Positions 55,436 through 64,000 of a DNA stretch of 64,000 nt are shown here, piece by piece. Each line of letters opens with the position of its first letter. The first letter of the stretch is position 1. Source of the DNA: Halobacteriovorax marinus (GTDB lineage: Bacteria > Bdellovibrionota > Bacteriovoracia > Bacteriovoracales > Bacteriovoracaceae); assembly GCA_002163155.1 (NCBI GenBank), contig MAAO01000005.1:167874-231873 (forward strand), given 5' to 3'. The notes under the pieces are model-generated. The model was not told where the DNA came from, did no database searches, and saw only the letters and a program-made list of their open reading frames with translations. The position numbers and the translations under genes are program-made.

Positions 55436-56980
55436 ATGAAACAAATAGCAATACTATTATTCTCAATTCTACTTAGTTTTTCGACACTAGCGGCAAACAC
55501 TCAATTTTGTAATGAGTCCCTAAGTGCTATTCCCATAAGACAGGATGGAAGAATTAAACCTCTTCTTGTTCACGCCAGTGAAATGATGAAATACCTAACA
55601 GGTAAATCTAAAGTGGGAGAAAATTCGGCCACGGTGAGTTATTGTCTTCTCTCAATTAATGGTCTTGGGATTCCTACGAAGATCAAACTCTTTGCTAAGA
55701 TTGAGCACGTCGATCTGCAAAAATTACTAGAAGTCGAAAAGCAAAAGAAGATTAGCTATGATGAGCTTGAAGATCAAACGGCAGTTCTTAGAAATGAGTG
55801 GAGAAAAGCTGAAGATTTTAGCAGCTATAAGAAGTCTCTTGGAAGTCTACTTGGTAAGATTAAAATACATAAAGATATAAAGACTGCCAATAACTGGCAA
55901 GTTCCTCTAGTAAACAGTAAAACTGATGTAGCATGGCTTCCTATTGGAGCTTACTTAAGTGAAGAGAAAATTAAAGCGGCAAGGGCCGTTTCTGAAACTC
56001 CCTTTCTAAAAGTTTTATTAGATTCAAAACAACAATATGAAAAGACTGTTGGAAATAAGTTTCTTATTGAGCTTCAATACGTAAAATTAAAACTTCCAGT
56101 TGTTGCTCTATGCTTAACTTTCTTAGGTCTAATTTGTATTACTCTTTTTAGAAAGTTTCACTTTGCCTTGGCCTTTGCTATTTTAACAGTGATCGTGCAA
56201 ACAGCGATACTGACCTTTAGAGTTTATATTTCGGGTCGTGCTCCCATTACAAATATGTATGAGACTGTTCTCTTTTCAGGATATGGATCTCTAGTTCTCG
56301 CTCTTATTATTGGGCACTTTAAGAATGAGAAAATCTATGTCTTTGTAGGACTCGCCTACAACGTCTGTACTCTTATGATGTTAAACTTTGCAGGGGGAAT
56401 GTTATCAAGTTCTATTTCTCCTCTCGTTCCAGTGCTTAGAGATAACTTTTGGTTATCAACTCACGTGACAACAATCATTCTCTCCTACGGAGCGCTTGCA
56501 CTTAGTTGGGTTTTGGCCAATACAGTTCTTATCAAGAAGAAATTCTCACATATGAGTAAGAAAGATGAACACTACTACAGTGAACTTATCTACACTTGTT
56601 TAAAAGCGGGAACAGTTATGCTGGCCACAGGGATTATTCTCGGTGGAGTTTGGGCCGATTATTCTTGGGGAAGATTCTGGGGATGGGATCCAAAGGAAAC
56701 TTGGTCACTCATTGTTCTGTGTTTATACATAGCTATTCTTCACGGGAAATCAACGAATTGGATTCCTAATAATAGATTCTTTATTCTCGTGGCAGGGGCC
56801 TTTATGAGTGTGATGATGGCCTGGTTTGGAGTAAATTATATTCTCGCCTCTGGTCTTCATTCTTACGGATTTAGTGAAGGAGGAGCGATCTTCCTAGGAA
56901 GTTTCTTCCTCGGTCAATTAGTGGTTCTTGCGCTTACTTACTCATCATTTAAAGTAGAGGAAGCGAAACCTAATGCTTAA
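55436..56980 (+). CDS. ccsA: Cytochrome c biogenesis protein CcsA/ResC
   Basis: GRAPITNMYE, LRDNFWLSTHV, WWD domain WADYSWGRFWGWDPKETW, SGLHSY. Confidence 0.93.
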   Translation: MKQIAILLFSILLSFSTLAANTQFCNESLSAIPIRQDGRIKPLLVHASEMMKYLTGKSKVGENSATVSYCLLSINGLGIPTKIKLFAKIEHVDLQKLLEVEKQKKISYDELEDQTAVLRNEWRKAEDFSSYKKSLGSLLGKIKIHKDIKTANNWQVPLVNSKTDVAWLPIGAYLSEEKIKAARAVSETPFLKVLLDSKQQYEKTVGNKFLIELQYVKLKLPVVALCLTFLGLICITLFRKFHFALAFAILTVIVQTAILTFRVYISGRAPITNMYETVLFSGYGSLVLALIIGHFKNEKIYVFVGLAYNVCTLMMLNFAGGMLSSSISPLVPVLRDNFWLSTHVTTIILSYGALALSWVLANTVLIKKKFSHMSKKDEHYYSELIYTCLKAGTVMLATGIILGGVWADYSWGRFWGWDPKETWSLIVLCLYIAILHGKSTNWIPNNRFFILVAGAFMSVMMAWFGVNYILASGLHSYGFSEGGAIFLGSFFLGQLVVLALTYSSFKVEEAKPNA

Positions 56981-58586
56981 TGTAGCAAATATCACAAAGA
57001 ACCAGGGTGGTGAGCCTTTATTTATCAAGGCGAACTTTCAAATTAACCCTGGGGAGAAAGTAGGACTTGTGGGTCCAAATGGTGCAGGAAAATCAACTCT
57101 CTTTAGAATGATCATTGGTGAAGATAGGCCAGACGAAGGGCAAATCTCAATGCCTGAAAGACTACGCCTCGCCTATTTCTCACAGAATGTGGGAGAAATG
57201 CAAGGGCGTACAGCTCTCGAAGAAGTGGTTGAAGGTGATGCTTCAATCTCAGAAATGAAAGTCAAGCTCCGCGCCTTTGAAGAACAACTCTGTGATCCAG
57301 AACTTGATCCAGATGAAATGAATACTATTTTAAACCGCATGGGTGAAGTGCAAACGCTCTTTGAAAAAGTTGGCGGTTACGACCTTGAAACCAGAGCGGA
57401 AGAAATCCTCACAGGACTGGGAATTCATCCAGAAGATCACCATAAGAATGTAGAAGACTTTAGTGGTGGTTGGAAAATGAGAATTGCCCTAGCGAAAGTT
57501 CTCGTGATCAATCCAGACCTTATAATCATGGATGAGCCTACCAACTACCTAGATATGGAAACAATTCTTTGGTTAGAAGACTGGCTACAAAATTTCAAAG
57601 GTGCCGTCTTTATGACCACCCACGATCGTGGTTTCATGAATAATGTTGTTAAGAAAATTGTAGATATTAGCAATAAGAGAGTCACCACTTACTCAGGCGA
57701 CTACGATTTCTATATTAAAGAAAGAAATATTAGATTCGATCAATTAAAGTCCGAACATAAGAGACAACAAGACATGTTGCAAAAAGAAGAAGACTTTATC
57801 GCGAAATTTAAAGCTCGCGCTTCACATGCGGCACAGGTTCAATCAAGAATTAAGAAACTGGAGAAAATTGAGCGCGTTGTTCTTCCTCCAGAAGAAGAAA
57901 GTATCTCCTTTGACTTCCCTGTTCCTCCTAGAGGCAGTGATGATGTTGTTGTCATCAAAGATCTTGCTAAGAGTTGGATAAGTAGTGAGGGAGTTGAAAA
58001 TAAGATTTTCGAAGGCCTCACAAAGACTATTAACCGATTACAGAAAATTGCTGTTGTTGGTGTGAACGGTGCGGGAAAATCAACGCTATTAAAGTGTATT
58101 TGCAATGAAACACAACCTACTAGTGGAGAGATAAAGTTAGGGCCAAGTATAAATGTTGGTTACTTTAGCCAATTTTCTCTAGAAGTTTTAAAACCGAATT
58201 CCACAGTTCTTGAAGAAATTCAATCAAGTCTCTCTCAGGCCAGTGATGGTTACTTAAGAAACTTACTAGCAGCTTTTCTCTTTCGCGGCGATGATGTTCA
58301 TAAGAAAATTAAATATCTCTCAGGTGGTGAGAAGAGTCGTCTCGTCTTAGCTGTCATTTTCTCTAAGGGAAATAACCTACTCGTTCTAGATGAGCCTACC
58401 AACCATCTTGATATTGCATCTCGTGAAATTCTTATGACTGCCCTTAAGGCCTATGAAGGTACTGTAATTTTCGTTTCTCACGATAGGCACTTCTTACACG
58501 AGTTAACGGATCAAGTTCTGGAAGTAGATAAAGGTGGAGTCACTCTCTTCCCTGGAAATTATCAATACTACCTTGATAAAAAATAA
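56973..58586 (+). CDS. ABC-F family ATP-binding protein
   Basis: Two ABC cassettes (GPNGAGKST / SGGWKMR / DEPTN and GVNGAGKST / SGGEKSR / DEPTN); no TM segment. Confidence 0.94.
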   Translation: MLNVANITKNQGGEPLFIKANFQINPGEKVGLVGPNGAGKSTLFRMIIGEDRPDEGQISMPERLRLAYFSQNVGEMQGRTALEEVVEGDASISEMKVKLRAFEEQLCDPELDPDEMNTILNRMGEVQTLFEKVGGYDLETRAEEILTGLGIHPEDHHKNVEDFSGGWKMRIALAKVLVINPDLIIMDEPTNYLDMETILWLEDWLQNFKGAVFMTTHDRGFMNNVVKKIVDISNKRVTTYSGDYDFYIKERNIRFDQLKSEHKRQQDMLQKEEDFIAKFKARASHAAQVQSRIKKLEKIERVVLPPEEESISFDFPVPPRGSDDVVVIKDLAKSWISSEGVENKIFEGLTKTINRLQKIAVVGVNGAGKSTLLKCICNETQPTSGEIKLGPSINVGYFSQFSLEVLKPNSTVLEEIQSSLSQASDGYLRNLLAAFLFRGDDVHKKIKYLSGGEKSRLVLAVIFSKGNNLLVLDEPTNHLDIASREILMTALKAYEGTVIFVSHDRHFLHELTDQVLEVDKGGVTLFPGNYQYYLDKK

Positions 58587-58743
58587 AGAAATAAAGTACG
58601 CGGTTACTTTTCGTTATTTTAATAACTTAGAAATTAAGACCATTTCTAATCTCTGCCTAAAAGAAGTTGATCAACCAAGCACATTTAAACTTGAAAGTTT
58701 TTAATGTATACTTAAAAGAAAACAAGCATTATTTGGAAAACTT

Positions 58744-59559
58744 ATGCTCACCTACCTATCTTTATTGATCGTTCTCACTTTCCAGATCACTCACGCTAAA
58801 GATTTCAAAACTTCTAAAAGAAAACTCCTTAAAGTTGCAGCTGTTGATTGGTGTCCACAAATATGTCCCGAGAATGAAAATGGTCGGAAGGGATACCTAT
58901 ATGACATTATGGAAGAAGTTTTTAAAGAGGGACCTTATAAAGTTGAGACTGAGTTTTTCCCATGGAGCAGGGCCATCCATTTTGTAAAACATGGTAAATA
59001 TGACATGCTCCTATCTCCTGCAAAAGAAGAAGCACCAGATCTAACTTATCACAACACTCCAATTGGTTATCAAACTCATTGTTTCTGGACAAGAAAGAAG
59101 TCCTCGTGGAACTACAAAGGCGCGAACTCATTAGTTAATAAGAAACTCATTATCTATAGAGATCATTCTTACGGTAAGCTTCTAAAGAAGTATCTTAGTA
59201 ATCCTGTAAAGAATACTTTCTTCACCCTCTCCTATGATAAAACCTATATAAACCGCGCCATAGGCATGGTGTCACGAAAAAGAGCTGATACATTCATTTT
59301 CACTGTCAACTCAGTTTTTGATTTCCTTAAGAAGAGTAAAACCTATAATGTGGGTGACTTAAAAATTTCAGGGTGTTTAAAAAAGGACCCTTTGTGGTTT
59401 GGCTTAAATCCAAACAAAGAAATGGAGTCAAAGAAGTTGGCAAAATTTATTGATTCACGAATTGAGGAATTAAAAAGAAAGGGTTACTACACTAAGGTTT
59501 TAAATAAATATAATATAAAGTCACCAAAAATTTATTCACCTAATATAGGTAATGAATAA
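58744..59559 (+). CDS. Extracellular solute-binding protein (family 3-like), orphan
   Basis: Signal peptide; DWCP, GYLYDI, PWSRA..V..G.YD. Confidence 0.75.
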   Translation: MLTYLSLLIVLTFQITHAKDFKTSKRKLLKVAAVDWCPQICPENENGRKGYLYDIMEEVFKEGPYKVETEFFPWSRAIHFVKHGKYDMLLSPAKEEAPDLTYHNTPIGYQTHCFWTRKKSSWNYKGANSLVNKKLIIYRDHSYGKLLKKYLSNPVKNTFFTLSYDKTYINRAIGMVSRKRADTFIFTVNSVFDFLKKSKTYNVGDLKISGCLKKDPLWFGLNPNKEMESKKLAKFIDSRIEELKRKGYYTKVLNKYNIKSPKIYSPNIGNE

Positions 59560-59568
59560 GCTCTTTTC

Positions 59569-59844
59569 TTACTTCTGTTTCTTATTAATTTCATCGGCCT
59601 TGCCAATAGAGCTATAGAACTCTCTATCTTCTTTACTGACTTTCTTCTTATCCTTATTTTCAACACGTCTCTTAAAAAACATAAGAACTACTGAAAAAAG
59701 CATAAAGAGTGGAATCGCCATATCAGCGGCCTGGGCAAATATCGACAATTTATCTTCAGGGGCAATGATATTCTTATAGGCCAAGCTATAGAGAATAAAG
59801 ATTAGAAAAAGAATACTAATAGTAATTTTTAAGTGTTTCATCAT
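59569..59844 (-). CDS. Small hypothetical membrane protein
   Basis: Two hydrophobic segments and a charged tail. Confidence 0.55.
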   Translation of the reverse strand: MMKHLKITISILFLIFILYSLAYKNIIAPEDKLSIFAQAADMAIPLFMLFSVVLMFFKRRVENKDKKKVSKEDREFYSSIGKADEINKKQK

Positions 59845-59902
59845 TCAATTGAGTGTAATTCTTTCTAAGAATAACTTCAATAGGAATGAAAATTCTCTAG
59901 TG

Positions 59903-60286
59903 TTAAGAATTTACCTTAAACGCCTCCAAAATGGTTTCACACAGATCATCTCCATCAAAAGGTTTTTGAATAAATTTATATATTTCTAAATTCTCAGTTC
60001 TCTTAATAGTTTCAGGATCGCCGTGGGCAGAGAGAAATATTATAGGGTTTTTAAAACCTTCTTCTTGCACTTCCCGCACAAAAGTTATTCCATTCATTCT
60101 CGGCATATTTATATCTGATACGATACAATCAAACTCATGCTCACTAACAGCTTGTTTACCTTCAATTCCATTGATGACTGTGATAATTTCACTCACAGAA
60201 GCAACCCCACCATCTTGTAAGATATCAATGATAATTTCTAATAAATCCTCTTCATCATCAAGAATCAATAATTTATACTTCTTCAT
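59903..60286 (-). CDS. Single-domain response regulator
   Basis: LILDDE, VSDINMPRMNG, LSAHG, QKPF; overlaps the kinase stop. Confidence 0.9.
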   Translation of the reverse strand: MKKYKLLILDDEEDLLEIIIDILQDGGVASVSEIITVINGIEGKQAVSEHEFDCIVSDINMPRMNGITFVREVQEEGFKNPIIFLSAHGDPETIKRTENLEIYKFIQKPFDGDDLCETILEAFKVNS

Positions 60287-61403
60287 TCTCTACCTTCTCT
60301 GTATCTAGCTTCTTTGGTAAAACGATTTTAAAACATGTATTTGGAGACTTACTATCATAAGTTAAACTACCCCCATGGGATTCAATTAAACCTTTAGAAA
60401 TACTCAGTCCTAGACCTGTCCCCTTTCCTATATCTTTAGTGGTGTAAAATGGTTCAAAGAGACGCACCTGTACTTCAAAGGGAATGCCCTTTCCTGAATC
60501 TAAAATAGAGATTAAATACTGATCCTCACTTTCCGCTACAATAACCTTAACCCACTTTATCTGTTCTTCTTGAACGGAATCAAGGGAATTGTTAACTAAG
60601 TTTAATAAGACTTGTAGTAATTGTGTTTCACGCCCCATTAACTCTTGTTTTTCATTTAAACCCTCGAGTGAGAAAACGGTATTACTCATTGAGAGTTTTT
60701 GTTCTGAGAGATCTTTTAAACTATCAAAGATATCGAACAATTTTATTTTCTCAATAGGTACGTGTTCATCTTTACGACTAATTGATCTAAGCGATTTAAT
60801 TATTTTTGTAATTCGATCAAAGTTCTTTTTTATTTTCTCCGTAATCTGCAAAGACTTTTGCGTATCACCATCAATTTTCCGTATGCTTTTTTCAAGCATA
60901 TTTAACTGCCCCGTAATAATTGTAATGGGATTATTTATTTCATGAGCAATACTAGTCGCCATTTCACCAAGAGAGACAAGTTTATTTGTGTGCATGAGTT
61001 GCATCTGGTTTCTCTTCTGTTCTCGCATATCTGCTAAGAGCAAAAGTATGTAATCTTCTTCTTGAAAGAAGTTTTTTAGAATACAAGAAGAGATAACAAG
61101 AGTCTCTATAGGAGGCTCACCTTCGACTGTATTTATATTTAATTCAAGGGATTTTTCCTTCTCAGTTAAAAGCAATAGATCAAAGAGATTAAGAGGTGTC
61201 GCATCATTTTTAAAAAAATAGTCATAGTACTGTGAATTAGTGAAAGTTTCTTTAACAATATTCGTCTTATCATATAAGCTATCGCTGGTGAGAAGAACTT
61301 TTCCATCAAAACCAATGATGAGAAGAAAATTTTCCATTGTATGGATAAGTTCCAAGGTCCCCTGACCTTTTTCTTTTAAATGTTCTAACAGTTCCTGATC
61401 CAT
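60273..61403 (-). CDS. Cytoplasmic PAS-like sensor histidine kinase (NtrB type)
   Basis: LGEMATSIAHEINNP, QVLLNLVNN, DSGKGI, FEPFYTTK..GKGTGLGL; no TM segment. Confidence 0.92.
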   Translation of the reverse strand: MDQELLEHLKEKGQGTLELIHTMENFLLIIGFDGKVLLTSDSLYDKTNIVKETFTNSQYYDYFFKNDATPLNLFDLLLLTEKEKSLELNINTVEGEPPIETLVISSCILKNFFQEEDYILLLLADMREQKRNQMQLMHTNKLVSLGEMATSIAHEINNPITIITGQLNMLEKSIRKIDGDTQKSLQITEKIKKNFDRITKIIKSLRSISRKDEHVPIEKIKLFDIFDSLKDLSEQKLSMSNTVFSLEGLNEKQELMGRETQLLQVLLNLVNNSLDSVQEEQIKWVKVIVAESEDQYLISILDSGKGIPFEVQVRLFEPFYTTKDIGKGTGLGLSISKGLIESHGGSLTYDSKSPNTCFKIVLPKKLDTEKVENEEV

Positions 61404-61537
61404 TTGCTTTTTCCTAAAGTGTTACGACTTCATTCATTATAGGTTTAAGCTACTTTTTTAAAACTTATTTTACTCTTAATTTTGTCTCTCTCTTTTTGAG
61501 GTTATAATTTAGTCGAATTATTCATAGTGGAAGTTTA

Positions 61538-62113
61538 ATGAGAAAACCTGAAATAGACTATATTCAAAAGTTTTGTAGAGAGACTAGTTTACAGAGGTTT
61601 ATTGCTCACAGCTCTAACCAAGAAATCACATTAATTGAGAAAAACGCTGAGCAAGTGATGACTGGAAATATTTGGAGATGTGCCATACTGTGGGGTAATG
61701 ACGATATCCGTGGAGTGATGATAATAAATTTCACCACTATAAATATATTGGCCATGGCCAGTTCTGTATTTGAAAATACAAGAGATTCAGTTCTATTTGA
61801 GCATACTAAAGATTTCATGAAAGAATATTGTAATATGTATGCAGGTCTCTTAAAAGGAACCTTAAATAATAAAAACATTATTACTAATATAAGTTTACCT
61901 ATAATTTCAAAATCACTTACTAGTCATGCGTGCCTAGCAGGAGTGCCTGAAAATTCTTATAAAGATAATTGGAATTTAGTCTTGGGAAATTCTTTTATTG
62001 AACTAAGTAACACTTTAGTTTTATCTAAGAATTTTGATATAAGTTCACTATTATTTTTAAAAGATAGTGAAAAAGAAAGCTCATCAAATGATGGTGATAT
62101 AGAATTCTTTTAA
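61538..62113 (+). CDS. CheX-like phosphatase
   Basis: KEYCNMYAG (ExxN) and ISLP motifs; adjacent to a CheY-like gene. Confidence 0.7.
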   Translation: MRKPEIDYIQKFCRETSLQRFIAHSSNQEITLIEKNAEQVMTGNIWRCAILWGNDDIRGVMIINFTTINILAMASSVFENTRDSVLFEHTKDFMKEYCNMYAGLLKGTLNNKNIITNISLPIISKSLTSHACLAGVPENSYKDNWNLVLGNSFIELSNTLVLSKNFDISSLLFLKDSEKESSSNDGDIEFF

Positions 62114-62131
62114 ATCCTTTTTGGAGTATTA

Positions 62132-62518
62132 ATGTCAAAGATATTAGTTGTAGATGATTCAATGGTCATTAGAAAAATGATAAAGAATAGCCTTCAAAAA
62201 GAAGGTCACGAAATTCATCAAGCAGAAAATGGACAAGAGGGATTTGAGTTATTTGCAGCACATTCATTTGATTTGATTATTACAGATATCAATATGCCTA
62301 TTATGAATGGTTTTGAGTTTTCAGAGAAAGTTCGCGCCAGCTCTGGAACCTCTTGTGACATTCCCATAATTGTCCTCTCTACAGAGTTTAGTGATGAAGT
62401 CAAAGAACGAGGTCGCAATATAGGAATTAACGCCTGGATGGTAAAACCTGCAGAAGAAGAGAAGCTCTTAAAAGCAGTGGCCTTTCTGATTGAGAATACA
62501 AAGATGAAGAGTGCTTAA
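62132..62518 (+). CDS. CheY-like response regulator
   Basis: ILVVDDS, ITDINMPIMNG, LSTE, WMVKP. Confidence 0.9.
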   Translation: MSKILVVDDSMVIRKMIKNSLQKEGHEIHQAENGQEGFELFAAHSFDLIITDINMPIMNGFEFSEKVRASSGTSCDIPIIVLSTEFSDEVKERGRNIGINAWMVKPAEEEKLLKAVAFLIENTKMKSA

Positions 62519-63507
62519 CTTTCTAAGTGATAAGCTTTAATTAAATCAACTTCTTCTACACTTCCCATTACAAAAGGTGTTTTCTCATGCAAAGAAGTGG
62601 CAGGAACATCTAGAATTCTCTCCACTCCATTAGTGGCCTTTCCTCCAGCAGCTTCAATCATCATTGCCATGGGCCATGCTTCATAGAGTTTTCTAAGCAC
62701 ACCTTGAGGTTTTCCGTTTGAGCAGGCGGGATAAATAAAAACCCCACCTTTAATCAATATTCTATTTAATTCAGCAGCAGCACTAGCGTACCACCTAGTA
62801 TTAAAATATCTCTTTCTAGGACCAGACTCTCCTAGGAAACACTCATCAACATAACGAGTAATCGCTTTATTCCAAAAACACTTATTGGCATAGTTAATCG
62901 CCACTTCTTTCGCCACTGGTAAAACTTTCATAAAGGGATGTGTGTAGAGGAATGTTCCCGACTCGAGATCGTGAGAAAATCCATGCACACCATCACCAGT
63001 TGTATAAGAAAAGAAAGTGGATAGACCGTAGAGACAAATCCCTGCGGCGACGGGTTTTCTAGCACATTCAAAAATATCTTCTTCTGAAATATTCTCTTTC
63101 CCAGGTGCCAGACAAATGGAAAAGATAGAGGCAACGGGTCCATTAATTTCTAAGTTTGCTGAGCCATCTAGTGGATCAATAACCAAGATATACTTTCCGT
63201 CCTTAGCATTTTCAAAATAATGAATCTCATCAAGCTCTTCACTGGCAATGGCTCGAATATTTCCGTTATTCTTACAAAGTTCTACAAAAATATCATTGGC
63301 CAAGATATCGATGGAGACTTGAGAATCTCCACTAGCATTAGTCTTGCCATCTTTACCCATATCTCCAGAGATATGACCGTAGCGAAGTTTCGCAGCAACC
63401 ATACGACAAGCAAGTGCGACATCTTCCATAATAGAAGAGAAAACACCTGAGTCAGATTCCATTTGGTTTTTTAAAATAAATTGATGAAGTGTTAAGGGTA
63501 TTTTCAA
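62515..63507 (-). CDS. fbp: Fructose-1,6-bisphosphatase class 1
   Basis: ASEE, DPLDGS, RWYASAAAE..R....GGVF.YP, LRKLYEAWP, EAAGGKA. Confidence 0.92.
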   Translation of the reverse strand: MKIPLTLHQFILKNQMESDSGVFSSIMEDVALACRMVAAKLRYGHISGDMGKDGKTNASGDSQVSIDILANDIFVELCKNNGNIRAIASEELDEIHYFENAKDGKYILVIDPLDGSANLEINGPVASIFSICLAPGKENISEEDIFECARKPVAAGICLYGLSTFFSYTTGDGVHGFSHDLESGTFLYTHPFMKVLPVAKEVAINYANKCFWNKAITRYVDECFLGESGPRKRYFNTRWYASAAAELNRILIKGGVFIYPACSNGKPQGVLRKLYEAWPMAMMIEAAGGKATNGVERILDVPATSLHEKTPFVMGSVEEVDLIKAYHLES

Positions 63508-63519
63508 GGTCTATTCCTC

Positions 63520-64000
63520 TTAGAAAAGATGTTTAAGTTGTGAGACATAGTCAGAACTCTTCATTCCCACTAGTACGTAATCAATGGGATAAGTTAAGTA
63601 TTTTTCAAGGAGTCTTACTTGCAAAGGGGTCTCACCAGCCTCAATGAGTCCGGCACTAATCGCTTGCTCTTCAAAGTCTTTCGCCACTTTTGTCATATTC
63701 ATTCTAGCGTATGCTAGAGACACATCATAGAGATCATAGAAGGGCTGACTCTCTTCAGGAGTTAGATCCGCTCCCCAGATTCTTGCGATAAATGGGAAGA
63801 AGTGAGAGAAGTATAATTGCTCGACTGCATCTTGAGTTCTAACGGTATTCCACATATCGTTAAATTGTTTTACTAGGGGAAGATTATAGATCGTCTCTTC
63901 TGGTTCCTCTTCTTTAAATCTCTTTTCAAGAGTCATAAGAGCTGTGACAAAAACCTTCTGAGCGTAAGTTTCATCTACTACTGGATGAGTTTTATCGTAA
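63520..64000 (-). CDS. 3' part of a gene entering from the window end (possibly aldo/keto reductase-like)
   Basis: The frame stays open from 63936 to the window edge (YDKTHPVVDETYAQKVFVTALM...). The C-terminal YVLVGMKSSDYV resembles aldo/keto reductase ends. Confidence 0.5.
   Translation of the reverse strand, partial: YDKTHPVVDETYAQKVFVTALMTLEKRFKEEEPEETIYNLPLVKQFNDMWNTVRTQDAVEQLYFSHFFPFIARIWGADLTPEESQPFYDLYDVSLAYARMNMTKVAKDFEEQAISAGLIEAGETPLQVRLLEKYLTYPIDYVLVGMKSSDYVSQLKHLF

Noticed and set aside
58587-58660. Short hairpins AAAGTA/TACTTT and TTAGAAAT/ATTTCTAA after the ABC-F gene
   Set aside because: The stems are AT-only and weak, as expected by chance at this base composition.
1-64000. 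Mobile elements, prophage, tRNA or rRNA genes; remaining short antisense or nested ORFs in the track
   Set aside because: No transposase, integrase, phage, cloverleaf or rRNA signatures were seen. The remaining short ORFs overlap well-supported genes and lack motifs.

Overview
An AT-rich, gene-dense bacterial chromosomal segment. Gene content and protein style point to a predatory Bdellovibrionota (Halobacteriovorax/Bacteriovorax-like); this taxonomy is an inference. I found no rRNA, tRNA, CRISPR array, integrase or transposase. Housekeeping genes include infC (AUU start)-rpmI-rplT, plsB-like, a guaB/GMPR-family gene, fabI, deoC, putA-proC, trmK, truA, thiN, System II cytochrome c maturation (resB/ccsA), an ABC-F protein and fbp. 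Four loci stand out. (1) An ECF sigma factor is divergent from an arsenite methyltransferase-DUF547-radical SAM operon, a candidate organoarsenic biosynthesis module with no ArsR nearby. (2) A heme operon (hemA-hemC/D fusion-hemL-HK-RR-hemE-hemN) resembles the Leptospira hem locus with its embedded two-component system. (3) A tightly coupled nine-gene second type II fatty-acid-synthase cluster has its own ENR, KSIII, FabA, FabG, FabZ, FabF, ACP, acyltransferase and PPTase. (4) A histone-H1-like Lys/Ala repeat protein fused to a SWIB domain lies directly downstream of a GNAT acetyltransferase. There are also two small secreted Cys-repeat proteins and several candidate regulatory structures. All assignments come from motif recognition by eye; no database searches were run.
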